A DNA stretch of 64,000 nucleotides from a virus. The stretch is taken from the IMG/VR virus record IMGVR_UViG_3300017917_003866, positions 1-64,000 of that record. One strand, 5' to 3'. Positions 31,901-40,152 of this stretch are shown piece after piece; within the stretch, counting starts at the first letter, position 1; each line of letters opens with the position of its first letter. The notes beneath the pieces are model-generated. The model ran no database searches, was not told where the DNA came from, and was given only the letters and a program-made list of their open reading frames with translations. Both the position numbers and the translations under genes were made by a program.

Positions 31901-32741
31901 GGGAAAATTAATGTGGCTGAAAATGTGTGGAGGACAAGGAGGAGATACATCTCATGATATAGAAAGTGATTCAGAGGAGAATGTTTATATAACAGGTTCT
32001 TATACTTCACCAGCATATTTTTCGCCCGATGAAATAGAATCTAGAGGAGGAACAGACATATATTTAACTAAGTTCAATAAAGATGGATTATTAGTTGATA
32101 TAGTTACTGCAGGAGGATTAAACAATGACTCTGGAGCGGATTTAGTATTAGATAGTGAGGAGAATCTTTATATAACGGGATATTTTGAGGGTGAATCCGA
32201 TTTTTCTCCTTACGTTGTGCTTTCCCCTCCTGGAGGATCTCTGGATGCTTTCTTAGGAAAAATACCTAAGCAAAGATTCCAAAGCGGATTAAAGATAGGC
32301 GGGGTTCAATCCTGGTTAGGATCTCATTCTTGGTCTTGGAAGGAAGAAAAACTATACAATAAGGAATTTGAAATTCCTTTAGCTACAACTATATTTATAA
32401 ATCCGATAGATTCGTTAATTCCAGGAAAAAAGAATCATATATGGACTCTTATAGATACAGAGACCGGAGAAACCATAGTAAAAATAAGAAGAACACCATA
32501 CTTTATATGGACTTTCTTAAAGCCTGGATTCTACACCATCTCGTGTGAACTACAAGATGCTAACGGAAACATATATGAAACAGAGCATAAAGGTATGATA
32601 AGAGTAATAGATCATAAAGAAGCTTTTGCAGGAGATCTAAAACCAGAGGTTGTAAACCCTGATGATTACTTATTAAGAACTATTTACTACGATAGGAAGG
32701 AATTAGGATTCCCTCCTTTATCTAGATTTGAAATAGATTAA
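25965..32741 (+). CDS. Large baseplate wedge (gp7-like) / receptor-binding protein with beta-propeller repeats
   Basis: Follows gp6; YLGSYKSLFNAIKFFGY wedge-like motif; regulator-propeller repeats (WIATDAGLSRFDG, NSGLPDDDVYSI, KWIGTASGL); SBBP-like repeats (DSEENVYITG, GGTDIYLTKF). Confidence 0.65.
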   Translation: MTLQNLLFFDKKGDQYIFKWNGNYWEGSVLFPVVSEKLFEVQHIFVIEKFLNTSAEIEYGFPHSYGTSPGTPVWRTRWESNYDGKTDVSNIIYTYELGVDGELDSPVLVKTNSVEFYPEVVPGDIVDSPSGIVVTSDINSSSMQINIALNSENEGIYDRTFILEDYTDPNNPITILKVGFHGEVEGEDSRLSVLLGNFGREFNPPDALIVREGDIKEEFPDYEIINKKRKELLLAGESIFPYLGSYKSLFNAIKFFGYYDLRVKEYWLNIKKDDADTLTPLQQNQKILNQLSQPNIEGQSKLELISSLIKDENEGKFKQVEIYGKRKDGTFGLKKQFEQLFPSKSFKKTALFGLFYDINRVVEDQDEDQYGYPIVEDSFAFSPEEVLIKLFGLKERLKRDYLPLNARIIDITGEGVYFNIYKTRGWTDQVDISEIKGGIKVDFTVFPENGYVEDLRPFYTKPNQSGILYPAINGAEPGISYYGNTVDPYSYFQEYPISTIPTWETAIQSFYDDVKSGTMPKFLGDGDYDYPGYKLFSNGTEYVFPAGCPIIIKDNTFTLPWDDVSATWNSFDTTVTTTPLQIASYNSTTVSNPGTPIQTVNSTSTFTLPTTFPSNVTINIGPGNDWFDTTFPEVIFVRVESVSSPGNLVLGYCSAGDYNTVTGDLYIQMMYTRGSGEYSNWKVTPTNLGFSSYTFEYYENFVQSNGFYSWDRIPYLDFYEIEWTIYKNDDISPYFFQIRGGLPDLETLVHFVPYVGEYNIKCRVWDTLNSISLGIKRSVLKVDKRSIELNTITRFRESEIYDWNNVPLKWESYPSQWIFPVENTNKILDISDMIENYPEYSNNFNEGQQCEVLAKVPEVKATIDFEIGVNQIDINNIVSTYNGSGYSLAIVTTNTPHGYSSGNTVWIYDSLGSPYGQYPITVTGPNTFEIPEIIITAIIGGYVYGSGNVKITADSLLIADCNFQGDINSTTSLVYSTINSSPLTPKYKVINLIDSTTPGYKKFTLQAPNNSGALWNGKILSIQVTGSILSNITTGTFSGGVNETEEYLEYNFNTLPKKEMRFWGTKGLSWDTFEDFQFEKAYAHTWDMYDYHNDWLGGFDLYSLQYGDLVRVTKDSLGVVFGETDSPGNSYLDLSEAADQLNDSIDDNVKRFDYTVRGFSELPNNFYINSNPISPDLSTNPGPKNINSTFFKVPTYSPVLFQPTGIAWDADGDIWVTGEDVIRFDGANYTVYDSSNSVMPGLSILTNCIKIDRNDVKWIGIENNLTPLVKINEKDPAQSFAYSVSDFVDNGGNPISPVIASSIHAIEINPQTGDIFAAFVCNSSPSYDGLLFYDSHAKSWGLYTTLNSEIPSDNIRDLRLEYYGINKWYLWIATDAGLSRFDGVGFKNYTSTNSGLPDDDVYSIEIDKLKHKWIGTASGLAYWDHIRWAVWNSSTNPEISSGRFGNIVETGNANIWFTIDPSSSPGDTELYFFDGYFFTKVLYRNDGTTLINPCNVFHGKTMLSAPWKTIKNGQTTYPKNLLFVTDDGEIGKLDYVIPHIHATAKSPGTDGWDFVYHDTSTPLPSVENIHNSGIGSSQLGFSFIVGPFSDNITLNSDYTRPIMPNVDRYSWYKPIWQRYSIDRLKDQFPSLNVDDVFLYAPLRDIINGKANKEPYWKNSQIERIAQKKSRDLFDNFEWVITLGNSSPDQGVKVTVDNEGDIIAIGDFTGTIFMGEVNNIGSQDIYLNSPDQGVYIAKYNKGGVIQWATSISSASPQGPIYARSVITDANGNIYVACDNNLSGFIEINKYNSDGILLNTISVPITPDQFLGDIKVDKYENIYICGSFEGNLTLGLYNLSSVGQDSAFIAKIDPSLTFVWAKQLTTTTYSKAYELAVLKEEYLYLTGVFDTQIDLGPVTLNGVGNPDMFVAKFSTGDGSCLWADSFAYDSFTSFGSTSICIDPKGHVLVTGSYEGTIEIEGEKISSFPGTTDIFVLKLLSTGKLMWLKMCGGQGGDTSHDIESDSEENVYITGSYTSPAYFSPDEIESRGGTDIYLTKFNKDGLLVDIVTAGGLNNDSGADLVLDSEENLYITGYFEGESDFSPYVVLSPPGGSLDAFLGKIPKQRFQSGLKIGGVQSWLGSHSWSWKEEKLYNKEFEIPLATTIFINPIDSLIPGKKNHIWTLIDTETGETIVKIRRTPYFIWTFLKPGFYTISCELQDANGNIYETEHKGMIRVIDHKEAFAGDLKPEVVNPDDYLLRTIYYDRKELGFPPLSRFEID

Positions 32742-32751
32742 ACTACTAATC

Positions 32752-33423
32752 TTAAGTAGTGTATTCTCTATAAACGTCTAATATATCTGGAACTATAGGA
32801 TGTCTATGGTTTTTCTTTAATGTGATAACCTTAACTCCTGGAACCCTTGCTGATAATGTGTTCATAAAATCAAGCCCGGATTCTTTCTTGTTTTTTAAAT
32901 CTATCTGAGATGTGTCACCACATATCATTATTTTAGATCCTATACCAAGTCTTCCTAGAACCATCTCCATCTGACTCATAGTTACGTTTTGAGCTTCATC
33001 TACGATTACGCAAGAATTAACTAATGTTCTACCTCTCATAAAAGGGAAAGGAAGTATCTCAATGATACCTTCACTCATTAATTTTTCTATTTTGGTTTTA
33101 TCATAGACCATTTCTAAATTAGCATAAATAGGAGCTAACCATGGGTCCATTTTCTCTTTTAAATCTCCTGGAAGAAATCCTATATCTTCCTTTGCAACAG
33201 TTGGTCTAGTAATAACTAGCTTTTCTATTTCTCTATTGAATAGCATATCCAAAGCTATCTGGACTGCTAATAGAGTTTTACCCGATCCTGCTGCTCCTTT
33301 TAGAACATTAACCGGGTTTTCCAATATGATGGCTTTAGCATCTTTTTGTTCCTCGTTTAAATTGATTTTGAATTTAATGGGATTTTTCGGCTTTCTTTTC
33401 TGAGTCCAATTGCTTCCTGTCAT
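32752..33423 (-). CDS. phoH: PhoH-like ATPase (probable start ATG at 33423)
   Basis: GAAGSGKTLLA, ITRPTV, IGFLPGDLKEKMDPW, FMRGRT, IVDEAQN, GDTSQIDL, HRHPIV. Confidence 0.95.
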   Translation of the reverse strand: MTGSNWTQKRKPKNPIKFKINLNEEQKDAKAIILENPVNVLKGAAGSGKTLLAVQIALDMLFNREIEKLVITRPTVAKEDIGFLPGDLKEKMDPWLAPIYANLEMVYDKTKIEKLMSEGIIEILPFPFMRGRTLVNSCVIVDEAQNVTMSQMEMVLGRLGIGSKIMICGDTSQIDLKNKKESGLDFMNTLSARVPGVKVITLKKNHRHPIVPDILDVYREYTT

Positions 33424-33439
33424 AAGATTTTTTTTATTT

Positions 33440-33464
33440 TGAGAAACATATTCGATGTTTCTCA
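33440..33464. promoter_or_regulatory. Perfect 10-bp inverted repeat in the divergent phoH intergenic region
   Basis: TGAGAAACAT-attcg-ATGTTTCTCA. Confidence 0.6.
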
Positions 33465-33506
33465 GTTTAATAATTAGCCTGTCTTTTCTTAAAGTAATAA
33501 ATACAG

Positions 33507-33516
33507 GATATATATC
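33507..33516. promoter_or_regulatory. Palindromic late-promoter motif GATATATATC (possibly bidirectional)
   Basis: Reads GATATATA on both strands, between divergent phoH and ORF 33534. Confidence 0.55.
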
Positions 33517-33533
33517 AAAAAAAGAAAAATCAA

Positions 33534-34454
33534 ATGGCAATAACAATTACCGAAATCCTTGGAACGGATTCTATTTCAGGATCAAGATTAACTATTAATG
33601 CTAACTTTTTGCTATTAGAGAACGCTTACAACGATTTAGAGAACACTTTTAATATTAATGTGTTAACTGGATCATTGGACGTTTCTAGTGCATCCAGCGG
33701 GCAAATAAAATCTAAATCTCTTTTAACTAACAGCTTGGTGATGCCAGCTTCTGGATCTCCTACGATTCAGATATACGGAACTGGAGCAAGCGGGGGATCA
33801 ATTATATTTACAAATACTGTTGCAGGAGCTACTGGTATTTTTTCGAATGTTCTTCAAGCTAATGCACTTTCTGCTTCTGGAGCAGCGAATTTTGGAGCAA
33901 CAGCAACTTTCCAAAGCGTTGCTAATTTAGAAGGGAGAGTGAGCATAGGAGCTTCTGGTAATTTCGTCAATACAAATAGAAAGTCTATAGTAGGTTCTAC
34001 TACAGCGTTTCCTTCTGCTCCGGGAGCAGGTGTAACCGGAACATTCTCTACACCTTATCAATTAAATTTAACTGAAAATGTTATCTATATACAATCAGAC
34101 TATGTTTCAAGTGCGCCGGCTGATGCTGGATTCGCCACTGGATTTTTCTTTTATGCAACAACAGGTTCTGGAGCAACTGCTTCTACTATCCCTGCAGGTT
34201 ACACAGTAACATTAATTGATACTGCTACTACTGCAGGATTAATAGCTACAGGAGTAACTGGACCTGGTGGATCTGAATACTACACAGGATTCTCAACTGG
34301 TGATGCTTCATATTCTGATCCTTCTATACAAACACCGGGAAATCCTTATAAATCTTCTCTTACTCTTATGTGGGAGCCAAGAATTGATCAAGGATCTCCA
34401 ACACAAAAAGGATCTTGGGTGGTTGTAAACGATACTCAAGGATTTACATACTAA
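33534..34454 (+). CDS. Putative short fibre / baseplate-attached structural protein
   Basis: N-terminal GTDSISGSRLTINANF resembles the gp9/gp10-type attachment motif; Gly/Ser/Thr/Ala-rich. Confidence 0.5.
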   Translation: MAITITEILGTDSISGSRLTINANFLLLENAYNDLENTFNINVLTGSLDVSSASSGQIKSKSLLTNSLVMPASGSPTIQIYGTGASGGSIIFTNTVAGATGIFSNVLQANALSASGAANFGATATFQSVANLEGRVSIGASGNFVNTNRKSIVGSTTAFPSAPGAGVTGTFSTPYQLNLTENVIYIQSDYVSSAPADAGFATGFFFYATTGSGATASTIPAGYTVTLIDTATTAGLIATGVTGPGGSEYYTGFSTGDASYSDPSIQTPGNPYKSSLTLMWEPRIDQGSPTQKGSWVVVNDTQGFTY

Positions 34455-34468
34455 TTAAGGATTAATAA

Positions 34469-36652
34469 ATGGCAAAGACACCTTATATAAGACCCATAGC
34501 AGTACAAGGGGGTACATTTTATACATTTTCTTCTGCTGCGGAAGATTTATCTTTAACCTTTAATAACTCATTAAAGAAATTTACATTCTCTAAATATGCT
34601 TTATTAAAGCTTCCTGAATTTGGATCTCCTACATATGGTGAAAACACATTACAGTTTAATGCCATTGATACTACTTTCTTAGATGCTGCTTATGGCGATT
34701 TCATACTTACAAATCCTAATAATCTAAGTCCTTCGCCTGAGATATCTTTTCAGAACTATTGTTTAAATTTAGAATCTACTATTATATCAGATCCTAACTA
34801 TAATCAGGATTTAAAAAGGAATGTCTCCGAGAGAGTTTTTTGGAAATGGGTTAAAGAATTAGGAGGCGTTAGATATAGGGCAGCAAATACAAATGAAGTG
34901 GTTGCTTCACTAAATCAAACATTAACAACAACAAAAGACGGATATCCATATTCAGATAAAAGATGGGTAGAGGAGGATACGCTTTTAACTGGTAGCGGAA
35001 GTCCTAATCCAAGATACGAGAGAATAGTTCAATATATCGGTGATATCGACGTTGTAAATTCTGTACAAAATTCAGATAACGCATATTCTGAAGTTTATAT
35101 ACACATCCCTACTGGAGATGGCGGTACTCCTTATGTTTTATTTAAAACAGTAGCAGACGAGAACTACTACCCAGATAGAACGTTTACACACTTACCTCCA
35201 GATCCTACCGATACTGAATACCTACAAGGAAGAGATTCTGCTTCAGGATTATATGGACCAAACGGACTTCCTAAATTGGCAATATTTGACCAAGACGTTT
35301 TAGGAGAGCCTGGGGTTAGTGGAACTTCTGCAACTGGATCTTTTACAAATAACTGGTATTCTCCAAGGGATGAAGCTAACTCATATTTTACTGAGGCTAG
35401 TTTTTTTGATAGTAGCAATTTAGAAATACAAAAATATGTAGCTGCATCTGGACCTAGTAGTTATTCAGTAACTTACAACAGGAGTAATCTTGATGGAGTT
35501 CAAATAGATTTTGATCCTGCTTCTTATAAAGCTATTCAAAATTATGTTGGTATTTCAACTATAGAGGAATGGAACGGTACACCCGTTACTACTTCATTTG
35601 AATTTAATGCAGTTTTAGTTTATTATGATGTTTATGATCCTAATAACCCAACAGATTCTGAAACAAATTTATACGGAATTCTTTTCTTAAATGATCCAGA
35701 ACCAGTTTCAACTAATTCTGCTAAATTACCTTCATTTAAGAAATTTAAACCAGATCCGATTACCAAACTTAATGGTAATTCTTACGGATTCAAAATAAAT
35801 TTAAAATTCGATACTGATGTAGAAAGTACAGGAGTAGAGCAAGCGATAAACGATTATTCTTCATTCTCTCTTTCTATATTCATGGATGCTGCTACTGTCC
35901 TTCAAGACGCTGCTAAAAATCTTAACGATAGAACGTTACAGATAGCTGCTATGCAGGAAGAGATTAATTATCTTAAGGATCTAATAATAAACACTGACGA
36001 TAGTACAGAAATAAAAGCAAGATTGGATGTAGTAGAAGCTTCTTTACAAGCAAATCAGGCTCTTTTTGATAATACTCAAGATATACTAAGTCTTATCGAA
36101 AGTAACAGTGATACGATTAATAATATATTACAGAATCAGACTTCTATTAATATGTCATACAATCTTGATTTATTAAAAGATGGCGACGGAACATCTGTGG
36201 ATAGAAGCACTCCTAATATATTAAAAGTTAATGTAACTCAGCAAGACTATAACATATCAGGTAATTCTTTATTTACTATAAATCCTGTAGCTGGTAACAC
36301 TGTACCTCTTTCAATTTATACTAATTATTTAAAGCATAAAAATAATGGTATCTCTATAACAGCAAACAATGATATTGTTATAAAAATAGACGATAGTATA
36401 AATAAATGGCAAAAAGGACAGGTACTAAGACTCGTTATTGGTGACGAGATAGATTTAGGTAATTATTCATTGGTTATATTAACTGATGCTCTAGGAGAGT
36501 TTCCTAAAGATGCTCCTTCAGGAGTTCCTTATTCTTCCGTTGTTGCAGGATTTTTAAATGTGCAGTTCTCTGGATCTGGATATAAACCTATATTTGATAT
36601 AGTTTGTATAGATGCTAAAAACCTAATATTTGAAGTTGATCAAATAAAATAA
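34469..36652 (+). CDS. Putative virion structural protein
   Basis: 727 aa within the structural operon; coiled-coil segment near the C-terminus. Confidence 0.5.
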   Translation: MAKTPYIRPIAVQGGTFYTFSSAAEDLSLTFNNSLKKFTFSKYALLKLPEFGSPTYGENTLQFNAIDTTFLDAAYGDFILTNPNNLSPSPEISFQNYCLNLESTIISDPNYNQDLKRNVSERVFWKWVKELGGVRYRAANTNEVVASLNQTLTTTKDGYPYSDKRWVEEDTLLTGSGSPNPRYERIVQYIGDIDVVNSVQNSDNAYSEVYIHIPTGDGGTPYVLFKTVADENYYPDRTFTHLPPDPTDTEYLQGRDSASGLYGPNGLPKLAIFDQDVLGEPGVSGTSATGSFTNNWYSPRDEANSYFTEASFFDSSNLEIQKYVAASGPSSYSVTYNRSNLDGVQIDFDPASYKAIQNYVGISTIEEWNGTPVTTSFEFNAVLVYYDVYDPNNPTDSETNLYGILFLNDPEPVSTNSAKLPSFKKFKPDPITKLNGNSYGFKINLKFDTDVESTGVEQAINDYSSFSLSIFMDAATVLQDAAKNLNDRTLQIAAMQEEINYLKDLIINTDDSTEIKARLDVVEASLQANQALFDNTQDILSLIESNSDTINNILQNQTSINMSYNLDLLKDGDGTSVDRSTPNILKVNVTQQDYNISGNSLFTINPVAGNTVPLSIYTNYLKHKNNGISITANNDIVIKIDDSINKWQKGQVLRLVIGDEIDLGNYSLVILTDALGEFPKDAPSGVPYSSVVAGFLNVQFSGSGYKPIFDIVCIDAKNLIFEVDQIK

Positions 36653-36657
36653 AAAAA

Positions 36658-39600
36658 ATGTCGAATACTAAAAATTCATTTTCATCACTAATAGCACAAT
36701 TCCTTAGGCTTCAAAAGAATTCTTTGGAGATTATAAATAAGCTAAATGATGTTACAACATCATCTAAAGATTCAGTTGAGATTGAATTCTTAATGGATGA
36801 TAACACTTCAGAAAATATACAGGTTCCTTCCTTTGGATTTTTAAAAACTGAGATCAATAGATTAGATGAAAATATAAAAGCATTATCTGGATTGGAAGAC
36901 AATAAAGCTAATGTTAGAAATGCGGATGGTACTGTTGCTAAAATATATCAAGCTAAAACTTTAAAAGATCCCTCATCTCCTTCTAGCTTACAGGTTCCTG
37001 GAACTTTCCAAGCTAGAAACAATTGGTTTTTTGAATCTTTCTTAAATCCTCTTCTTTATATAGAAATTGATGTAGAGAACCAAATACCAGAAAATTCAGA
37101 AAGTGTTTACGTAAAAAGAATTATTGCTAATACCCAATCAGATGTACAAAAGCAATACTTCGACAACAATCTTAAAGGAAGGAATGATATTACAGATGCT
37201 GACTTTATAGCTTCTTTAGAAAGTCAGGGAATTCAATATTTTGTTGATGAACAAATAAACAGTCTAGATCTAAGAACAATAAGATATACTGGATCTTTCG
37301 GGGTTTTAAGAATATTTGACGAAGAATTACAGACAACAGTAAATGGAGTAACAACAACTAATACCGTTAGAAAATATAAACTCAACACATTAAAATATAA
37401 TGATGTTCTTTCAGATACTGAAAATTCTAGAACGCTAACAAAAGGAGATCTTTTAATAACAAACGGCGGTACTAAATATGAAATAACTGCTATTGATATT
37501 ACAAACCAGACAATAGTATTAAAAAGATTATTCGGATTTGAAGCAATACAACTAGGTGATTCATCCTTAACAATATATTCAAACGTTCTATCTAACAGAC
37601 AGGTAGAAGTAAATGTTGGATTCGATGAGAGACAAGGGGTATTTATTAAATCAATCGACGGAGATTTTAACGTAGCTTCTAGTAAGTATAGCCCTGGTAT
37701 TTGTTTCTGGTCTAACGAATTACAGATAACAACATCTGATGGTGTAAAAACATTAGAGGCATTTTACAATTCACAAGTTTCTGATTTTGGTAAAATATTT
37801 ATAGCTTCTGCAAAAGATAATACTATTCCTGCTATATACGGACAAACGCCTTCTGCTCCGGTGGTTTCTCCCGGTAATTTTAAGGTAGTAAGAGTAAATT
37901 CACAGATTACTAATTCTAAGGAAAGCGTTTCTTTTAAAGACAAGATAAAAATAAAGAACACCCTTAAGAATGAGATAGATTCTATCGATAGAGCTATAGA
38001 TCAAACTAGGAAACAAATATCTGAGTTAACTACTACTTCTGCAGGAAGCACTCCAACAGCAGAATACAAAAAACTTAATGATAAAATAAGTTCACTTACT
38101 AAGGATAAGGCATCTAAAACTGAATTGGTCTCTACCACGATATCTGAGATAAACAATTTAATTATAACCGTTCCTGAAATCACAGAATCTCCTAAATACA
38201 GAGTAAGAGGATTCTGGCCTATACCTGAGCCTATAATCGATCCTAAAACAGGAGAGCAAAATATAGTTCAATTTAATGTAAGATATAGATATCTTTCCAC
38301 TACTGGAAATCCTAACGGGGTAGATCAGATTGATTATATTGATAATAATGGGGTTGCAAAAACTGGACAGTTTACTAACTGGACTCAATTTAAAAGCGAC
38401 GTAAGAAAGAAAATATATGACATTAATACTGGAACATATGTTTGGCAAATAGAAGACGTTAGCGATGCTAATACGGTAAATATAAACCAGTTAGATATTC
38501 CTATTACAAAGGGAGAGAAGGTAGAAATACAGGTACAGTCTATATCTGAAGCTGGATGGCCAACTAATCCACTTACTTCCGATTGGTCAACCTCAGCGAT
38601 AGTTGATTTTCCACCTGATCTTGTTGTTCAAGTTGACAATTCTGCTTTTGCTGTACAAAATAATACTGATACTGCTGTTGCTAGAGTTCAGAGCGATTTA
38701 CAAGCTAAGGGGTTAGATCAGCATTTATCGACACAGTTTACTTCAGGTGATAAATTTTTTGCACATAATTCATCTGTTATAGCATCTGGATTTTTTGATG
38801 CAACAGGTAAAGCATTAGATCTATTCCAGAAATTAACTCAAATTGATAATGAACTTCAATCTCTAAGAGCTCTTATAGCTAAAGCAAAAGGAACTCTTGG
38901 AGTTTATTTAAGAAGCGGAAATACTTCTAACAAAGTAAATCCAGGAAGCACTGTAAACTTATTTGCTGGATACTATGATCAAATTATAGATCTATCGAAT
39001 CCAAGTAATAAGGGTAAAATTGCTAGTACAGTTTATTATATAGAATTAAGAAACGAAGCAGCAACTCCTTTAGAGCTTTCTTCTTTAATACCTGGAGGAC
39101 AGGGAGTAAAAGCTCCTAATTCTATTTCAGGACAAGCAGATTACAACAACAATAGAAAGTATGGAAATACTCCAGTCCAACTTTCAGGAATAGTTAGTGG
39201 TGATGTTAATGTTTCAAATCCTGGATCTTTCGTACAAGCTTCGGGATATCAAAGTGCTAATGCTTATTCACAGTTTGTATATAACAGATATAAGAGCGTT
39301 GGATTAGATGAGGATCTTTATTTTGCTCCACCTACTTCTCTAACATGGAACCCTACTACAGGTAACACCGTTAATGGATCCCCGGTAAATAATGATGGTA
39401 TAATTATGCCTTATGATCCCTCAGGATCTCCTATAGGAGCTGGACCTAATGCTAACGTTTGGATTGGAACTTATGCAGGTACAACTCCAAATGGTAATGG
39501 AAATCTTAATGAATTCTGTATACACATATCACATCCTGATATAAATGATGGAACCTCTCCTCTTTTTGGATCTTTAGTTAGACCTTCTGTTTTACCTACT

Positions 39601-40149
39601 GGTCCTATGGAATATCCTTCATTTAGACACGCTTTAGGATTTGAAACTGATACTAATATTAATAGTACTATTCCAGGATTCCAGAGCGCTTCATATCAAC
39701 AACTTGAATATTATTCAGCTAATCCTGCATCTTCATTTGGTACTGACGATAACGCATATCCTAATAAATTGGGATTTGTAGAATCTGACGAATTCTTATG
39801 TGGTAAATTTTCTTGCGGATCCTATCTATTTTTAGCTCCTACTAATCATACTGCGGTACAGATAGAAGGATCTACACAATTAGCAAAAAAGACGCTAGAT
39901 TTTGGCCAGGAGAATGCTATAACGATACCACTTGTTTTTCAAATGAGAGCACAAGATAAGCTTGGATATGTTGGAGGATGGAGATCTGCAGGTAACCTAA
40001 AGAATATTACCTATACTAAGAAAATAGGAATAGATATACAGGTAAAGAATGAGGATCTTTTTTCTTTCGATGTTCTAGTAACAGGAAGTTACACTAAGAC
40101 CTCATTAGTTTCACCAGCTTATTCTCAAAGTAAGAAAACAACTATCTAG
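36658..40149 (+). CDS. Putative virion structural protein
   Basis: 1163 aa; coiled coil plus beta-rich, FN3-like segments (QFNVRYRY, VEIQVQSISEAGWP). Confidence 0.5.
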   Translation: MSNTKNSFSSLIAQFLRLQKNSLEIINKLNDVTTSSKDSVEIEFLMDDNTSENIQVPSFGFLKTEINRLDENIKALSGLEDNKANVRNADGTVAKIYQAKTLKDPSSPSSLQVPGTFQARNNWFFESFLNPLLYIEIDVENQIPENSESVYVKRIIANTQSDVQKQYFDNNLKGRNDITDADFIASLESQGIQYFVDEQINSLDLRTIRYTGSFGVLRIFDEELQTTVNGVTTTNTVRKYKLNTLKYNDVLSDTENSRTLTKGDLLITNGGTKYEITAIDITNQTIVLKRLFGFEAIQLGDSSLTIYSNVLSNRQVEVNVGFDERQGVFIKSIDGDFNVASSKYSPGICFWSNELQITTSDGVKTLEAFYNSQVSDFGKIFIASAKDNTIPAIYGQTPSAPVVSPGNFKVVRVNSQITNSKESVSFKDKIKIKNTLKNEIDSIDRAIDQTRKQISELTTTSAGSTPTAEYKKLNDKISSLTKDKASKTELVSTTISEINNLIITVPEITESPKYRVRGFWPIPEPIIDPKTGEQNIVQFNVRYRYLSTTGNPNGVDQIDYIDNNGVAKTGQFTNWTQFKSDVRKKIYDINTGTYVWQIEDVSDANTVNINQLDIPITKGEKVEIQVQSISEAGWPTNPLTSDWSTSAIVDFPPDLVVQVDNSAFAVQNNTDTAVARVQSDLQAKGLDQHLSTQFTSGDKFFAHNSSVIASGFFDATGKALDLFQKLTQIDNELQSLRALIAKAKGTLGVYLRSGNTSNKVNPGSTVNLFAGYYDQIIDLSNPSNKGKIASTVYYIELRNEAATPLELSSLIPGGQGVKAPNSISGQADYNNNRKYGNTPVQLSGIVSGDVNVSNPGSFVQASGYQSANAYSQFVYNRYKSVGLDEDLYFAPPTSLTWNPTTGNTVNGSPVNNDGIIMPYDPSGSPIGAGPNANVWIGTYAGTTPNGNGNLNEFCIHISHPDINDGTSPLFGSLVRPSVLPTGPMEYPSFRHALGFETDTNINSTIPGFQSASYQQLEYYSANPASSFGTDDNAYPNKLGFVESDEFLCGKFSCGSYLFLAPTNHTAVQIEGSTQLAKKTLDFGQENAITIPLVFQMRAQDKLGYVGGWRSAGNLKNITYTKKIGIDIQVKNEDLFSFDVLVTGSYTKTSLVSPAYSQSKKTTI

Positions 40150-40152
40150 TAA

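Noticed and set aside
33440-33470. Hairpin as a Rho-independent terminator
   Set aside because: It lies between divergent genes and lacks a proper downstream U-tract on either strand; kept only as a regulatory candidate.
33424-33546. N-terminal extension of phoH to the TTG at 33546 given by the ORF track
   Set aside because: It would overlap the divergent gene and span the promoter and hairpin; ATG 33423 has the A-rich leader typical of this genome.
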